DNA of 63,168 bases, counting the filler, from Octopus bimaculoides (taxonomy: Eukaryota), in NCBI RefSeq assembly GCF_001194135.2. It is 4 parts of 4 records of this genome, joined end to end, with 100 filler letters (N's around TTAATTAATTAA, not from the genome) between each part and the next. Parts side by side here need not be neighbours in the genome. Positions count along the whole stretch, not along the records: positions 1 to 22,927 come from NC_068986.1; 3 more parts are not named here. One strand, 5' to 3'. The position numbers and the translations under genes were made by a program. Shown piece after piece: positions 1 to 11,945 of this stretch (positions are counted from its first letter, which is position 1; every line of letters begins with the position of its first letter). A model generated the notes under the pieces. The model saw only the letters and a list, made by a program, of their open reading frames with translations. It did no database searches and had not been told where the DNA came from.

Positions 1-849
1 ATATATATATATATATACATATATATACTTACGTGTATGCATATACATATATTTACATACATATAGGTATTTGTATGTATATATGTATATATACATATAC
101 ACATATATATACATGTATATTCATACATGTATGCATATATATATTTATAAACATGCAAGTATGTGTACGTATATATGTATGTATATATATATAGTTACAT
201 ATACATATACATATGTGTATGTATATACATAAATGTATGTATGTATGTGTATATAAGCATTAAAAGCAAACCAAATCTCAACGGTGCTTCTGTTTTATAA
301 GTTTTAGTAAGTCTGTTTAATGAAAAATTAGTACTGCTAATTTCGGTGGAAGAAAAATAAGAAGAAAAACCAAAATACAGTTTCTGTTTAAATTTCAAAT
401 TTCTGTTACAAACAGTTGTCCTGAATCGAACCGAATTTACATTGGTTATATCGGTAATAACGCAAACCAATATATCAGCCGACTACATTTGAATAGCCAT
501 TAGGAAATCGAAAACTAAAATGAAGCATCACATGTCTCTATACATTTCTCTAATAAATACGAGTATACTTTACGCTAGTAAATGGATATCCGTTGATAAA
601 ATGCTTATGTTTAGGCGTTTTAATGCTTTTGAAAAGCTTTTGATCTTTAATAATTGTAACAAATTATATATTTCTATACAACATTGATTTCTTCATGGCC
701 CCACAAGCAATGTTACTTACTAGCATGTAGTCTCATCCCAATGCAGGTAATATACATTGTTAATGCTGCATAAGGGCAAAGTACAGTGATTACTATATCA
801 CAAACACACTTAATAATGAAGGGAGCGTAGGTACCTTTCAAACGAAAAC

Positions 850-1186
850 AAATTTAACTGAATCCATTCTGTCATTCGCCTGTACTTTGCCACCATCTTC
901 GTCATATGTACATGAAACGAGACATCATTGCTCATATTAATCTCCAGATCTCACGCTGTGGTTAACTCTGTGATTGCCGCTCCTTTTTCTTGCATTAAAT
1001 TGTTTGCTTATTTTCTGCAGCCCATTTGTATATGGCATATAGATCTTTCTGGTGCAGATTAGCATATTCTACAGGCTTATACGAATTGTGTATTATCGGC
1101 ATAGGGAGCAAGTGTGGCTGCCTGTGTAACTGATAACAATGAGGAGAACTACAATAAGCAGAAGCGTTACCAAGACTGTACCCTGT
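850..1186 (-). mobile_element. Decayed CR1/L2-like LINE reverse transcriptase fragment
   Basis: Minus-strand frames give QGTVL(V)TLLLIVV (QGSVLGP motif), TQAATLAPYADNT (YADD motif), DLYAIYKWAAENK and NDVSFHVHMTKMVAKYRRMTEWI, with frameshifts and stops. Confidence 0.8.
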
Positions 1187-1196
1187 TATATGCATA

Positions 1197-1439
1197 CAAG
1201 AATCTCTCGACTATCGCGTGTGTCACGTTTCAAAACCCCACGCGAGAGGTGAAGATCCACGAAGTAGAAACAGTACAGTACAAAATATGTTTTTTTTTTT
1301 TACTATTTTTATAATTTGTATAAACTTATTTCATTATAAAAGCAAAGCAACTCTACAGAAGAATCGACGTAAGCTTAAATAATAGACCGCGACATGTGAG
1401 CCGTGATAGGTGAACCGTGATATGGCGAGGGATAATTTG
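1197..1439. mobile_element. Tigger/pogo-like MITE, copy 1
   Basis: TA-flanked; ends CAAGAATCTCTCGACTATCGCG...CGTGATATGGCGAGGGATAATTTG form imperfect TIRs; shares TCGCGTGTGTCACGTT and GATAGGTGAACCG..ATATGGCGAGG with 14901-15108. Confidence 0.65.
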
Positions 1440-1606
1440 TATATATATATNNNNNNNNNNGAGCTATTTCCGATTTGAAAAATATATGTTCACGAAGTAT
1501 TTTGTGTTATACACAACTTATACAAAATTTTAAAACAAAATAGGTCTTTTAAGAGGTGAAAAATGCAACTTACATGGGAGCCGATGTGTCTACCGTCCGT
1601 CCATGA

Positions 1607-1638
1607 TGATAGATAGATAGATAGATAGATAGATAGAC

Positions 1639-1712
<74 letters not shown>

Positions 1713-1727
1713 TTAGATAGATAGATA
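1607..1727. repeat. (GATA)n microsatellite
   Basis: Directly visible tetranucleotide run. Confidence 0.95.
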
Positions 1728-1892
1728 TAGGCGTTGGAGTGGCTGTGTGGTAAGTAGCATGCTTACGAACCACATGGTTCCAGTTTCAGTCCCACTGCGT
1801 GGCACTTTGGGCAAGTGTCTTCTGCTATAGCCTCGGGCAGACCAAAGCCTTGTGATTGGATTTGGTAGACGGACACTGAAAAAGCCTGTCAT
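1728..1892 (+). mobile_element. SINE family B head (tRNA-like head, CORE-like body), followed by (TA)n and a gap
   Basis: GGAGTGGCTGTGTGGTAAG A-box-like; GTTTCAGTCCC B-box-like; CTTTGGGCAAGTGTCTTCT resembles the CORE-SINE motif; matches copies at 45385 and 60706. Confidence 0.85.
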
Positions 1893-2845
1893 ATGTATAT
1901 ATATATATATNNNNNNNNNNNNNNNNNNNNNNNNNNNNNNNNNNNNNNNNNNNNNNNNNNNNNNNNNNNNNNNNNNNNNNNNNNNNNNNNNNNNNNNNNN
2001 NNNNNNNNNNNNNNNNNNNNNNNNNNNNNNNNNNNNNNNNNNNNNNNNNNNNNNNNNNNNNNNNNNNNNNNNNNNNNNNNNNNNNNNNNNNNNNNNNNNN
2101 NNNNNNNNNNNNNNNNNNNNNNNNNNNNNNNNNNNNNNNNNNNNNNNNNNNNNNNNNNNNNNNNNNNNNNNNNNNNNNNNNNNNNNNNNNNNNNNNNNNN
2201 NNNNNNNNNNNNNNNNNNNNNNNNNNNNNNNNNNNNNNNNNNNNNNNNNNNNNNNNNNNNNNNNNNNNNNNNNNNNNNNNNNNNNNNNNNNNNNNNNNNN
2301 NNNNNNNNNNNNNNNNNNNNNNNNNNNNNNNNNNNNNNNNNNNNNNNNNNNNNNNNNNNNNNNNNNNNNNNNNNNNNNNNNNNNNNNNNNNNNNNNNNNN
2401 NNNNNNNNNNNNNNNNNNNNNNNNNNNNNNNNNNNNNNNNNNNNNNNNNNNNNNNNNNNNNNNNNNNNNNNNNNNNNNNNNNNNNNNNNNNNNNNNNNNN
2501 NNNNNNNNNNNNNNNNNNNNNNNNNNNNNNNNNNNNNNNNNNNNNNNNNNNNNNNNNNNNNNNNNNNNNNNNNNNNNNNNNNNNNNNNNNNNNNNNNNNN
2601 NNNNNNNNNNNNNNNNNNNNNNNNNNNNNNNNNNNNNNNNNNNNNNNNNNNNNNNNNNNNNNNNNNNNNNNNNNNNNNNNNNNNNNNNNNNNNNNNNNNN
2701 NNNNNNNNNNNNNNNNNNNNNNNNNNNNNNNNNNNNNNNNNNNNNNNNNNNNNNNNNNNNNNNNNNNNNNNNNNNNNNNNNNNNNNNNNNNNNNNNNNNN
2801 NNNNNNNNNNNNNNNNNNNNNNNNNNNNNNNNNNNNNNNNNNNNN

Positions 2846-2891
<46 letters not shown>

Positions 2892-2918
2892 GACACACAC
2901 ATACACACACTCACACAC

Positions 2919-2951
<33 letters not shown>

Positions 2952-3088
2952 TACATACACATATATATATATATATATACATACCTACATATATATATAC
3001 ATATATATATATATGCATACATATATACATATATATATATAGATATATATGTGTGTAATATATACATATATATATATATATTTATACA

Positions 3089-3123
<35 letters not shown>

Positions 3124-3261
3124 NNNNNNNNNNNNNNNNNNNNNNNNNNNNNNNNNNNNNNNNNNNNNNNNNNNNNNNNNNNNNNNNNNNNNNNNNNNNN
3201 NNNNNNNNNNNNNNNNNNNNNNNNNNCATACATACACACACATACACACACACACACATAC

Positions 3262-3294
<33 letters not shown>

Positions 3295-3778
3295 TACACA
3301 CACACACATATATATATATATATATCCATATACGTATCAGCACATGCTCTGGTAAATCATGTACCCACGCACACATGCAGCACACGTACGAACACATTTC
3401 AGTGACGCTGCATGCTGGCATTAAAAAGTGGTTAACGAATGACTCAGATTGAGTATTTAGAAACTATCAAAACACAATCTAACATAGCAAACCTCGTACA
3501 GCTCTCTTAAGATCTATTGATATTTATATTTGCACGCCTAAAATACATTTCAACCATCGATCTAACCTTCGCTGCAGATACCAAGATTACTTCGCTACGC
3601 CGTATATGTAAATGTGTTCCTTCACACACACGTAAACACAACACACACGTAAACACAAGACACACATATACACATACACCATCTCTCCCTTTCTCTCTTT
3701 CTCGTATGTATGTACATATCTGTATATATATATATATATATTGATATATATATATATATATATATACGTATATATATG

Positions 3779-3859
<81 letters not shown>

Positions 3860-4917
3860 NNNNNNNNNNNNNNNNNNNNNNNNNNNNNNNNNNNNNNNNN
3901 NNNNNNNNNNNNNNNNNNNNNNNNNNNNNNNNNNNNNNNNNNNNNNNNNNNNNNNNNNNNNNNNNNNNNNNNNNNNNNNNNNNNNNNNNNNNNNNNNNNN
4001 NNNNNNNNNNNNNNNNNNNNNNNNNNNNNNNNNNNNNNNNNNNNNNNNNNNNNNNNNNNNNNNNNNNNNNNNNNNNNNNNNNNNNNNNNNNNNNNNNNNN
4101 NNNNNNNNNNNNNNNNNNNNNNNNNNNNNNNNNNNNNNNNNNNNNNNNNNNNNNNNNNNNNNNNNNNNNNNNNNNNNNNATATATATATATATTTACCCT
4201 TATATATGTATGTGTATCTGTATGAATATATATATGTATATATGTATATGTATGTGTGTGTAAGTGTGTGTGTAAGTGTGAACGAGACGTCGTGCTTACA
4301 TATGCTTACACACATATCTATATAGATACATAGATCGCAAGAGTGCGAAAAAACTCAGGGATACATACATATATCTTTAGTTATCTCATTGTGCCTTTGT
4401 GTGTGTTTGTAAATGTGTGCCTGTGTGTGCCTGCATGAATACCGAACAAACACGTATTTCCTACTCCGTTCCCAATTGTCTGGCCACTTGGTCAAGTGTG
4501 TTTACCCGTGGTCTGGTTTATATTCAAGCTATGTGATGAAAACACTGTAGACATAAGATTTCAGATCTAAATTGTAGCAGTAATTCACGCGTCATTTTAT
4601 CACACACAGTCAAACTCATTCTCTCTGAGATTAAATTTAACTAGAAAATGCTGTCACTTACAGAAACGTTTAACGAAGAGGCAGTTCAGTTTATCGAAAA
4701 ACAGATTGCTCACCGTCGAAACAGACGGAGTAGGTATCACGTGTATTTATCTTAAACATATAAGTATTTTGAAATAATTCTAAGTACATCCATAGGCATA
4801 TATATACGCATACATATACACGTATTTTATATGTATGAATGCATGTATGTATATATATATATATATTTATATATACACACATGCATATATATATACATAC
4901 ATATATATATTTATACG

Positions 4918-5007
<90 letters not shown>

Positions 5008-6316
5008 GCGACAGAGTTATCTGAGTATGTGTGTTTCTGCCTGTGTTCAAGCAGAAACGGCCATAACAGAAAACGTAATGAATATCCTCTACTTCATCGT
5101 TTAGTTGACAGGGGGAGATTACCGTGCAGATTCTTTTGATATCGGGCGATAAAACCGCGGTAAACCGGGAAGATGATGTATCATATGTGTAGCTATAATC
5201 TGGCTGCGCTTAAGACAACAATCAAACAGTTGAATGTACGCCAGTAAAGTCGGCAATCTGGGAAATGATTGAACAGCACCGCACCTGCGTATCTTTTTGC
5301 CAAATACATCATGTCTAGTCTTCTATATTGTGTAAATTGCAAATGGTGATTGTCATAAAGCTCACGGTCATTTTTGCATGTTTATCATCTTGAAATGCGT
5401 CCTTTATTTCAATGTAGCTTACTCTTGCGTAACACCGTTACCATCAGCAACATCGTGGTCGTCATATTTACTAATTTTGTGCTTGCATGTCCCGTGACAA
5501 AATATGAAAACTGCCGGCCAGGCTGATGCGGACGGAGAAAATCCTTACTCAAGGTACTACACTGTGGAATCGAACACGGAGCTATGAGGCTGCAAAGCCA
5601 ACTTCTTTACCCAGAGAAGGAAATGTGAGACTAAATTTTTGTATAACTAAGTCAGTAGTAAATAAAGTGAGCAAGGGATCCCATACGTATCTGCAAGAAA
5701 TGACAGACAACTGCGACAATGTATGTGCTACATTTTAAAGAATAAGAATGTAAAATGAATGTTATGCCAGAAAGTAAAAAAAAAGAAAAAAGAGTACTGC
5801 ATCGACTGGTGTATAAAGCGTACCTCGATTTTACATGCACACTTTGCTGGAAAATATAACATATTTCGTATGTTTCATTATACAGATATTGAACGATATT
5901 TTAAAGTGGTTTTGCTGGGGAAAATGTATCATTCGGTGCATGTAAACACAATGCTGCGACAGTATACTGGAATAAAGAAGGAAACCGTAAATTTATTATA
6001 AATATATTTACGCTATATGTTGTCGGCTATACGGCTTTGTCTTGGAAAAGTTGACATGAACGACCGCAGAAACAACAATAGCGTACAGTGATTTCCAGAA
6101 GGCCGTATTCCTGGTGAAAAGTGAATAGACAATGTGTTAACTGCAAGAACCTGTGGTCATGAGCGTGTGGGGGGATTTACAAAGCCAAATTTGAATGGCT
6201 AGAGGTGAACAGTTTGTTCGAGAGAATGAGAAAGCCGTGTTGATGAGCGACTGTTTGTGAAATGAGAGAATGGATTTCTTTTTGGATGTAGTGTAGAATG
6301 TATGTATGTAAGTGAA

Positions 6317-6635
6317 GGCGCGTGGCTTAATGGTTAGGGCATTCGGCTCGCGATTGTAAGGTCATGAGTTCAATTCCCGGCGACGCGTTGTGTCCTTGAG
6401 CAAGACACTTTATTTCACGTTGCTCCAGTCCACTCAGCTAGCAAAAATGAGTTATATCTGTATTTCAAAGGGCCGGCCTTGTCACACTCTGTGTCATGCT
6501 GAATCTCCCTCAGAACTACGTTAGGGTTACACGTGTCTATGGAGTGCTCAGCCACTTGCACGTTAATTTTACGAGGAAGCTGTTCCGTTGATCGCATCAG
6601 CTGGGACCCTCGTGGTCGTAACCGACGGAGTGCTC
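6317..6635 (+). mobile_element. SINE family A, subfamily A1
   Basis: TGGCTTAATGGTTAGG and GAGTTCAATTCCC Pol III boxes; TTGTGTCCTTGAGCAAGACACTT central motif (Meta-domain-like); matches 26293-26602 and 21094-21235. Confidence 0.85.
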
Positions 6636-6657
6636 CTTTTTTTCATGTATGTATGTA

Positions 6658-7210
6658 TTCTTTTATTTGTTTCGGTTAATTGACTGCGACCGTGCTTGAG
6701 CACCGCATTTTAGTCGAACAAATCGACCCCAGGACTTATTCTTTGTAAGCCTAGTACTTATTCCATCAGTTCTTTTGCCAAACCGCTAAGTTACGGGGAT
6801 ACAAACCCACCAATATCATTTGTCAAATGAAGGTGGGGGCGACAAAGACAGATACACACACACACACACACANNNNNNNNNNNNNNNNNNNNNNNNNNNN
6901 NNNNNNNNNNNNNNNNNNNNNNNNNNNNNNNNNNNNNNNNNNNNNNNNNNNNNNNNNNNNNNNNNNNNNNNNNNNNNNNNNNNNNNNNNNNNNNNNNNNN
7001 NNNNNNNNNNNNNNNNNNNNNNNNNNNNNTATATATATATATATATATGCACGACGGGCTTCTTTCAGTTTCCGTCTACCAAATCCACTCACAAGGCTTT
7101 AGTCAGCCCGAAGCTATAGTGGAAGACATTTGCCCAAGATGCCACGCAGTGGGACTGAAACCGGAACCATGTGGTTGGTAAGCAAGCTACTTACCACACA
7201 GCCACTCCTG
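6658..7210 (-). mobile_element. Composite SINE: B head + internal microsatellite/gap + C module
   Basis: Reverse complement of the 60706-61150 architecture: B at ~7050-7210, CA/TA tract with gap, C at ~6658-6850. Confidence 0.85.
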
Positions 7211-8354
7211 TATTTATGTATGTATGTGTGTGTGTATATGTGTGTGTGTTTGCTTGTGTGTGTGTGAGTGTGTGTGTGTGAGAAGAGCAGCAGCGGTAAT
7301 GTCTCTCCTTACATGCAGTTGCACGTCAATATGTGTATGCACATGTGCATGGCATATGCTTTGCAAGTGATTATGCACGAGTGTGCATGTACATTCATAC
7401 GTTCATGTGTCATTACTTTATCAGATGATAACTTCGTAATTCTTTGCCATTTGCTACTCTCAACGCTCTGATTATATATATATATATATATATATTCTTT
7501 TAAATTCTGCATCAGTACTTTTTCGTTTTTTTTCGTAACAGTGGTATATTTATAATATATAATATTAGAGCATAGAATATTTTGCTATCTATTTTGTTTT
7601 TTAACATATCACTTTCGTTATATCGAATTGTTAAATATTTCTTTTATTATACATTTTTATTATATAATTTATACTACATGAAGTTTTATTTTATATTGAT
7701 ATATTATCGGAACAATTGCCAGTTGATATGCGGTTAATAACATCTTATTTTTTTTTTAATTGTGAAGTGATTTATAGATTTCTTGGTAATTTTTTTTGGG
7801 AAAAATACACTCTTAATTTCAAATTATTTATACGAAGGCATATTTAAATTTCTTCATAATATTAAATATAGTTTTTCATATGTTCATAATCCTTGTATTT
7901 TCAAAATTATATGAGTAAAAAATATTTTGATAAGAAATGAAATTTACTTTACTCCTTACAAAATCTTTTACTTTCTCTTAATTTAGCGAATTTAACATAT
8001 AATGATGTCTATTAAAATATTTATTACATTGATAAAGATAACTTTACTGAAATTATCTTTACTTTAATTGAAATTTTGCTAATCTATTTCAATAAATTTA
8101 ATTTATCACGATAATGATATCTGGAATATTAACCTTATATTTAGATTGTACATTTACAATATTCATATCGTCATTAATTTTCGATATATTTCTGATTGAT
8201 ATCAGGTACCTTATGAAGTAAACTTATGGGGAAAAAATTACTACTCTTAGTTAAAAAATAAATTATTCTAGTTTGAATTCAGTCTAGAAATATATCGACA
8301 AACATAAAACACCTGATGTATGTGAAATATCGAATAAACTGAAATCAATCAAGG

Positions 8355-8790
8355 ATATATATGAAAGATCCTGGAAGGTCTAGCGTCTAACTTTGGGATT
8401 GAAATCTATATCGATATCTGTACTCGACGCCATTGCAAAATGTCAAAGATCCCGCCATCTCCGCATAGAGTAACAACTCGATAGCGTAACTGCTTAGGGC
8501 TTATAAGACCCACAGTATTTGAATACCTTGCGAAAGGGCTTCTTAGATCTATGAGATGTAGATATGGATGAGTTCAAAGAGTAGTCAGACAAATTTTTAT
8601 CCGAAACACCAGATGAACTTATGTCGGCGCAAATAACACAGCTAGGGGCAGCTCTATCCTACACACACTATTTTACCAGAACCACTTCCGGAGACAGAAA
8701 CAAGAAGTGAGTCTAAAATAGACAGCCCTTAGCGCTAATATCCGCGCCGCTGGTGGCCACAGCTTCTGGCTGAAACTGATAATAGAGTAA
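8355..8790 (+). mobile_element. Decayed CR1/L2-like LINE 3' end (ORF2 C-terminus and 3' UTR)
   Basis: Frames give KILEGLASNFGIEIY, RRHCKMSKIPPSPHRVTTR, and EFKE*SDKFLSETPDE, typical of the C-terminal tail of CR1/L2-group ORF2; multiple stops and frameshifts. Confidence 0.7.
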
Positions 8791-9061
8791 TCATACAAAT
8801 AGAAAAATATGAACCATAAACTCCTTTACTCTTCCCCAACATTTATATCAAAATAATTGACGGCCCTATCTTATTCTTTGTATACAGAATTCTTGAATTT
8901 GTTTCCCCGCTATCACCAGTAAATGTTGTGACCTCTCTCTATATATTGTATTAACAGTCATTAAATCGTCAGTTTCTCATTTGTTTCTTACATATCTAGG
9001 TTTAAATAATTAAGTTGACATTGACAATCCCACCATCGAGTAATATTGATTTTAGATTTTG

Positions 9062-9446
9062 ATACAAGGCCAGCATTTTCGGAGGAGGAAATAAGTCACT
9101 TACATTGACACCCAGTAATTAGCTGGCACTAATTTTATCGATTCCTAAAGGAGGAAAAGCAAAGTCGACCTCGACAGCATTCGAACCCAGAACGAAAAGA
9201 CGGACGAAATGCCGCTAAGCATTTCTCCCGGCGTGCTAACGATTCATTTTTTTTTTTTTTTTTTTTACTCTAGGCACAAGACCAGAAATTTTGGGGGAGG
9301 GGGCCAGTCGATTAGATCGACCTCAGTACGCAATTGGTGCTTAATTTATCGACCTCGGCGTAATTTGAACCCAGAACGAAAAGACAGACAAAATTCCGCT
9401 AAGCATTTCGCCCGGCGTACTAACGATTCTGCCAACTCGCCGTCTT
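9062..9446 (-). mobile_element. Two head-to-tail SINE family E copies (Deu/Nin-like domain)
   Basis: Both match the reverse complement of GGCGAGCTGGCAGAATCGTTAGCACGCCGGG...GAGTTCAAAT...GTCGATAAATTAAGTACCAGTT; separated by a poly-T run. Confidence 0.85.
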
Positions 9447-10228
9447 ATCCCTTTGAATAATATTAGCATGTGATACGATACTGGCTTATATTTTACTAAG
9501 TGTTTGATATACTTATGTAACGGCTTTAATATTATCCTGATAGCTAAGAAGTTTAAAAAGTGATATATATTTTTTCATATAGATATCATTAATCTATCAT
9601 TGGATTTTTATATGATTTGCCAATCCAATATATATACAGAATTTGCTACTAATTATTTAATTCATTAATGTTAAAGATATATATTTTACTGCGCTTTTTA
9701 GTTGGTTTATTATCTCTGTTTTATCTTTATTTCTTTACTATGTTTTACTTTCATATTTTTCATACGCTTTCGCCAACTTTCAAAGGATTTTCTACATAAA
9801 ATCTGTCACACATGCAGAATCTCATACGAAGCCGTTTGAACACACACACACATACGCCCACACACGCACGCACACACGCACGCACACATATACACGCACA
9901 CTCACACACACACACATACACGCTCACAAACAGATGCACATATATGCATACATATATATACGTATGCGTATATGTGTGTATATGTGTGCATGCATATAAT
10001 CATACGTTTAAAAATAAGATCATATATACACACTCATACGCACATATACATACATACATACGTACAAACATACATAATTGCGTACGCACATACGCGCATG
10101 ATACATGCATGCATAGAGGCATACAGATATACATAGCTACTTTCATGCAGTCATATATACGTAAACGCTTATAAATACAAGCATGCAAAGAGACTTGCCT
10201 CCAAACTTACATGCATGCATACTTGGTT

Positions 10229-10560
10229 GGCACTCCGTCGCTTACGACGAGGAGGGTTCCAGTTGATCCGATCAACGGAACAGCGTGCTCGTGAAATTAA
10301 CGTGCAAGTGGCTGAGCACTCCACAGACACGTGTACCCTTAACGTAGTTCTCGGGGATATTCAGCGTGACACAGTGTGACAAGGCTGACCCTTTGAATCA
10401 CAGGCACAACACAAACAGGAAGAAAGAGTGAGAGAAAGTTGTGATGGAAGAGTACAGCAGGGTTCGCCACCATCCCCTGCCAGAACCTCGTGGAGCTTTA
10501 GGTGTTTTCGCTCAATAAACACTCACAACGCCCGGTCTGGGAATCGAAACCGCGATCCTA
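10229..10560 (-). mobile_element. SINE family A, subfamily A2 (truncated at B box)
   Basis: 3' body matches 6317 copy in reverse; central part matches 29699-30066 instead. Confidence 0.85.
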
Positions 10561-10651
10561 CAGATTTCTTAAATGATTAAAATTTACTTACTTTAATTAT
10601 TTGAATTATTTTAATCATTTTCAACAATGATGATTACTGTTGTAGTGTCTT

Positions 10652-11340
10652 AAGACGGCAAGCTGGCTGAAACGTTAGCACGTCGGGCGGAATGCTTAGC
10701 GGTATTTCGTCAGCCTTTACGCACTGATTTCAATTTCCGCCGAGGTAGACTTTGCCTTTCATCGTTTGGGAGTCGATAAATTAAGTACAAGTTGTGTACT
10801 GGGGTCGATCTTATCGACTAGCCCCCCCCCCCCCCCCNNNNNNNNNNNNCCAAAAAAAAAATTTCGAGCCTTTTATCTAGAATAGAAAAGAATCGTCAGG
10901 GCCTTCAGAGAAAATGTTTAGCAATATTTCTCATGAATCTTTAAGTTCTAAATTCTCCTGAGGTCAACTGTGTCTTCCTTTCTTTCTTTCTTTCGTTATC
11001 ATACCAGTTGAATACTGGGTCGATGAAATTGATTAGCCCCCTCCCCACAAATCTCAGGCTATGTACCCTTAACAGAAAGGATTATCATCGCTGTAGCTGT
11101 AAAGGCGACGAGCTGACAGAATCATGAGCGCGTTGGGTAAAATGCTTGGTGGTATTTCTTTCGGCTCCTTATATTCTGGGTTCAAATACCGCAAAGTTCG
11201 ACTTTGCATTTTATTCGTTCTAGGTTAATAAAACAATTACCAGTCGAGCAATGGGGTCGAAGTAATCGATCACCACCACCTGTATCTCTAAGAAAAGTTT
11301 TAAAATTCAGGCCTTGTGCCAATTTTGGATAGAATTATTA
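10652..11340 (+). mobile_element. Three head-to-tail SINE family E copies
   Basis: Head GGC(A/G)AGCTG.C.GAA at ~10656 and ~11104, degenerate middle copy at ~10900; each has the TTTGCCTTTCAT..GTCGAT core and GCCTT..GCC tail. Confidence 0.8.
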
Positions 11341-11377
11341 GTCTAGCTTCAAGCGGCCACAAATTTATTTCACCTTC

Positions 11378-11487
11378 GGTTCAAATCTTGTCTTGGTTCA
11401 AATCTTGTCTTGGTTCAAATCTTGTCTNNNNNNNNNNTCTTGGTTCAAATCTTGTCTTGGTTCAAATCTTGTCTTGGTTCAAATCTT
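11378..11487 (+). repeat. 17-bp tandem repeat (GGTTCAAATCTTGTCTT)n
   Basis: At least six units, interrupted by a 10-N gap. Confidence 0.95.
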
Positions 11488-11742
11488 CTCCACACCCTGG
11501 ATGAGACGCTGTTCCTTCACAAGGTTAAAATTCCAACTATTCCAAAATTCATATGCAGCTGAATGAACTGGAAGAACGTGAAATGAAGTGGTTTGTCCAA
11601 AAGGTCATATAGGATAGGGAAAAAAATCAATTCCGAGGCATATTTATACATAAGGCTGGTTTCCCGTTTTTCGCGGCGTATATATTCCCCTTGAACGGTA
11701 CACCAGTCCGTCGTAGAATTACTCATTTTTGTCCGCAAAATG

Positions 11743-11945
11743 GATTGGAATAACGTGAAATAAAGCGCTTTGCTAAAGAACACAACGCATCACCCGATTC
11801 AGGAATCGAAACGAAAATCTTAGGATCATAAGTGCAACACGATAACCACTAACCTACGAACAGTGCACTGCCCCGTCCTAAAATCGAAACTATGATCCCA
11901 CGATCGCGAGTGCAACATCCTACCTGTTAAGCCAGGTGCCTTCAC
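11743..11945 (-). mobile_element. Two tandem family A SINE heads (degenerate)
   Basis: Two ATCGAAAC B-box reverse complements ~75 bp apart, each followed by GTGCAACA..TA.C A-box region; upstream GTGAAATAAAGCGCTTTGCTAAAGAACACAACGC matches A1 centre. Confidence 0.6.

Noticed and set aside
1713-4325. Long ORFs of 150-520 aa (also 21258-22401, 28592-29216, 61630-62690)
   Set aside because: They consist of N gaps and (TA)/(CA) repeats translating as X, YI and HT runs.
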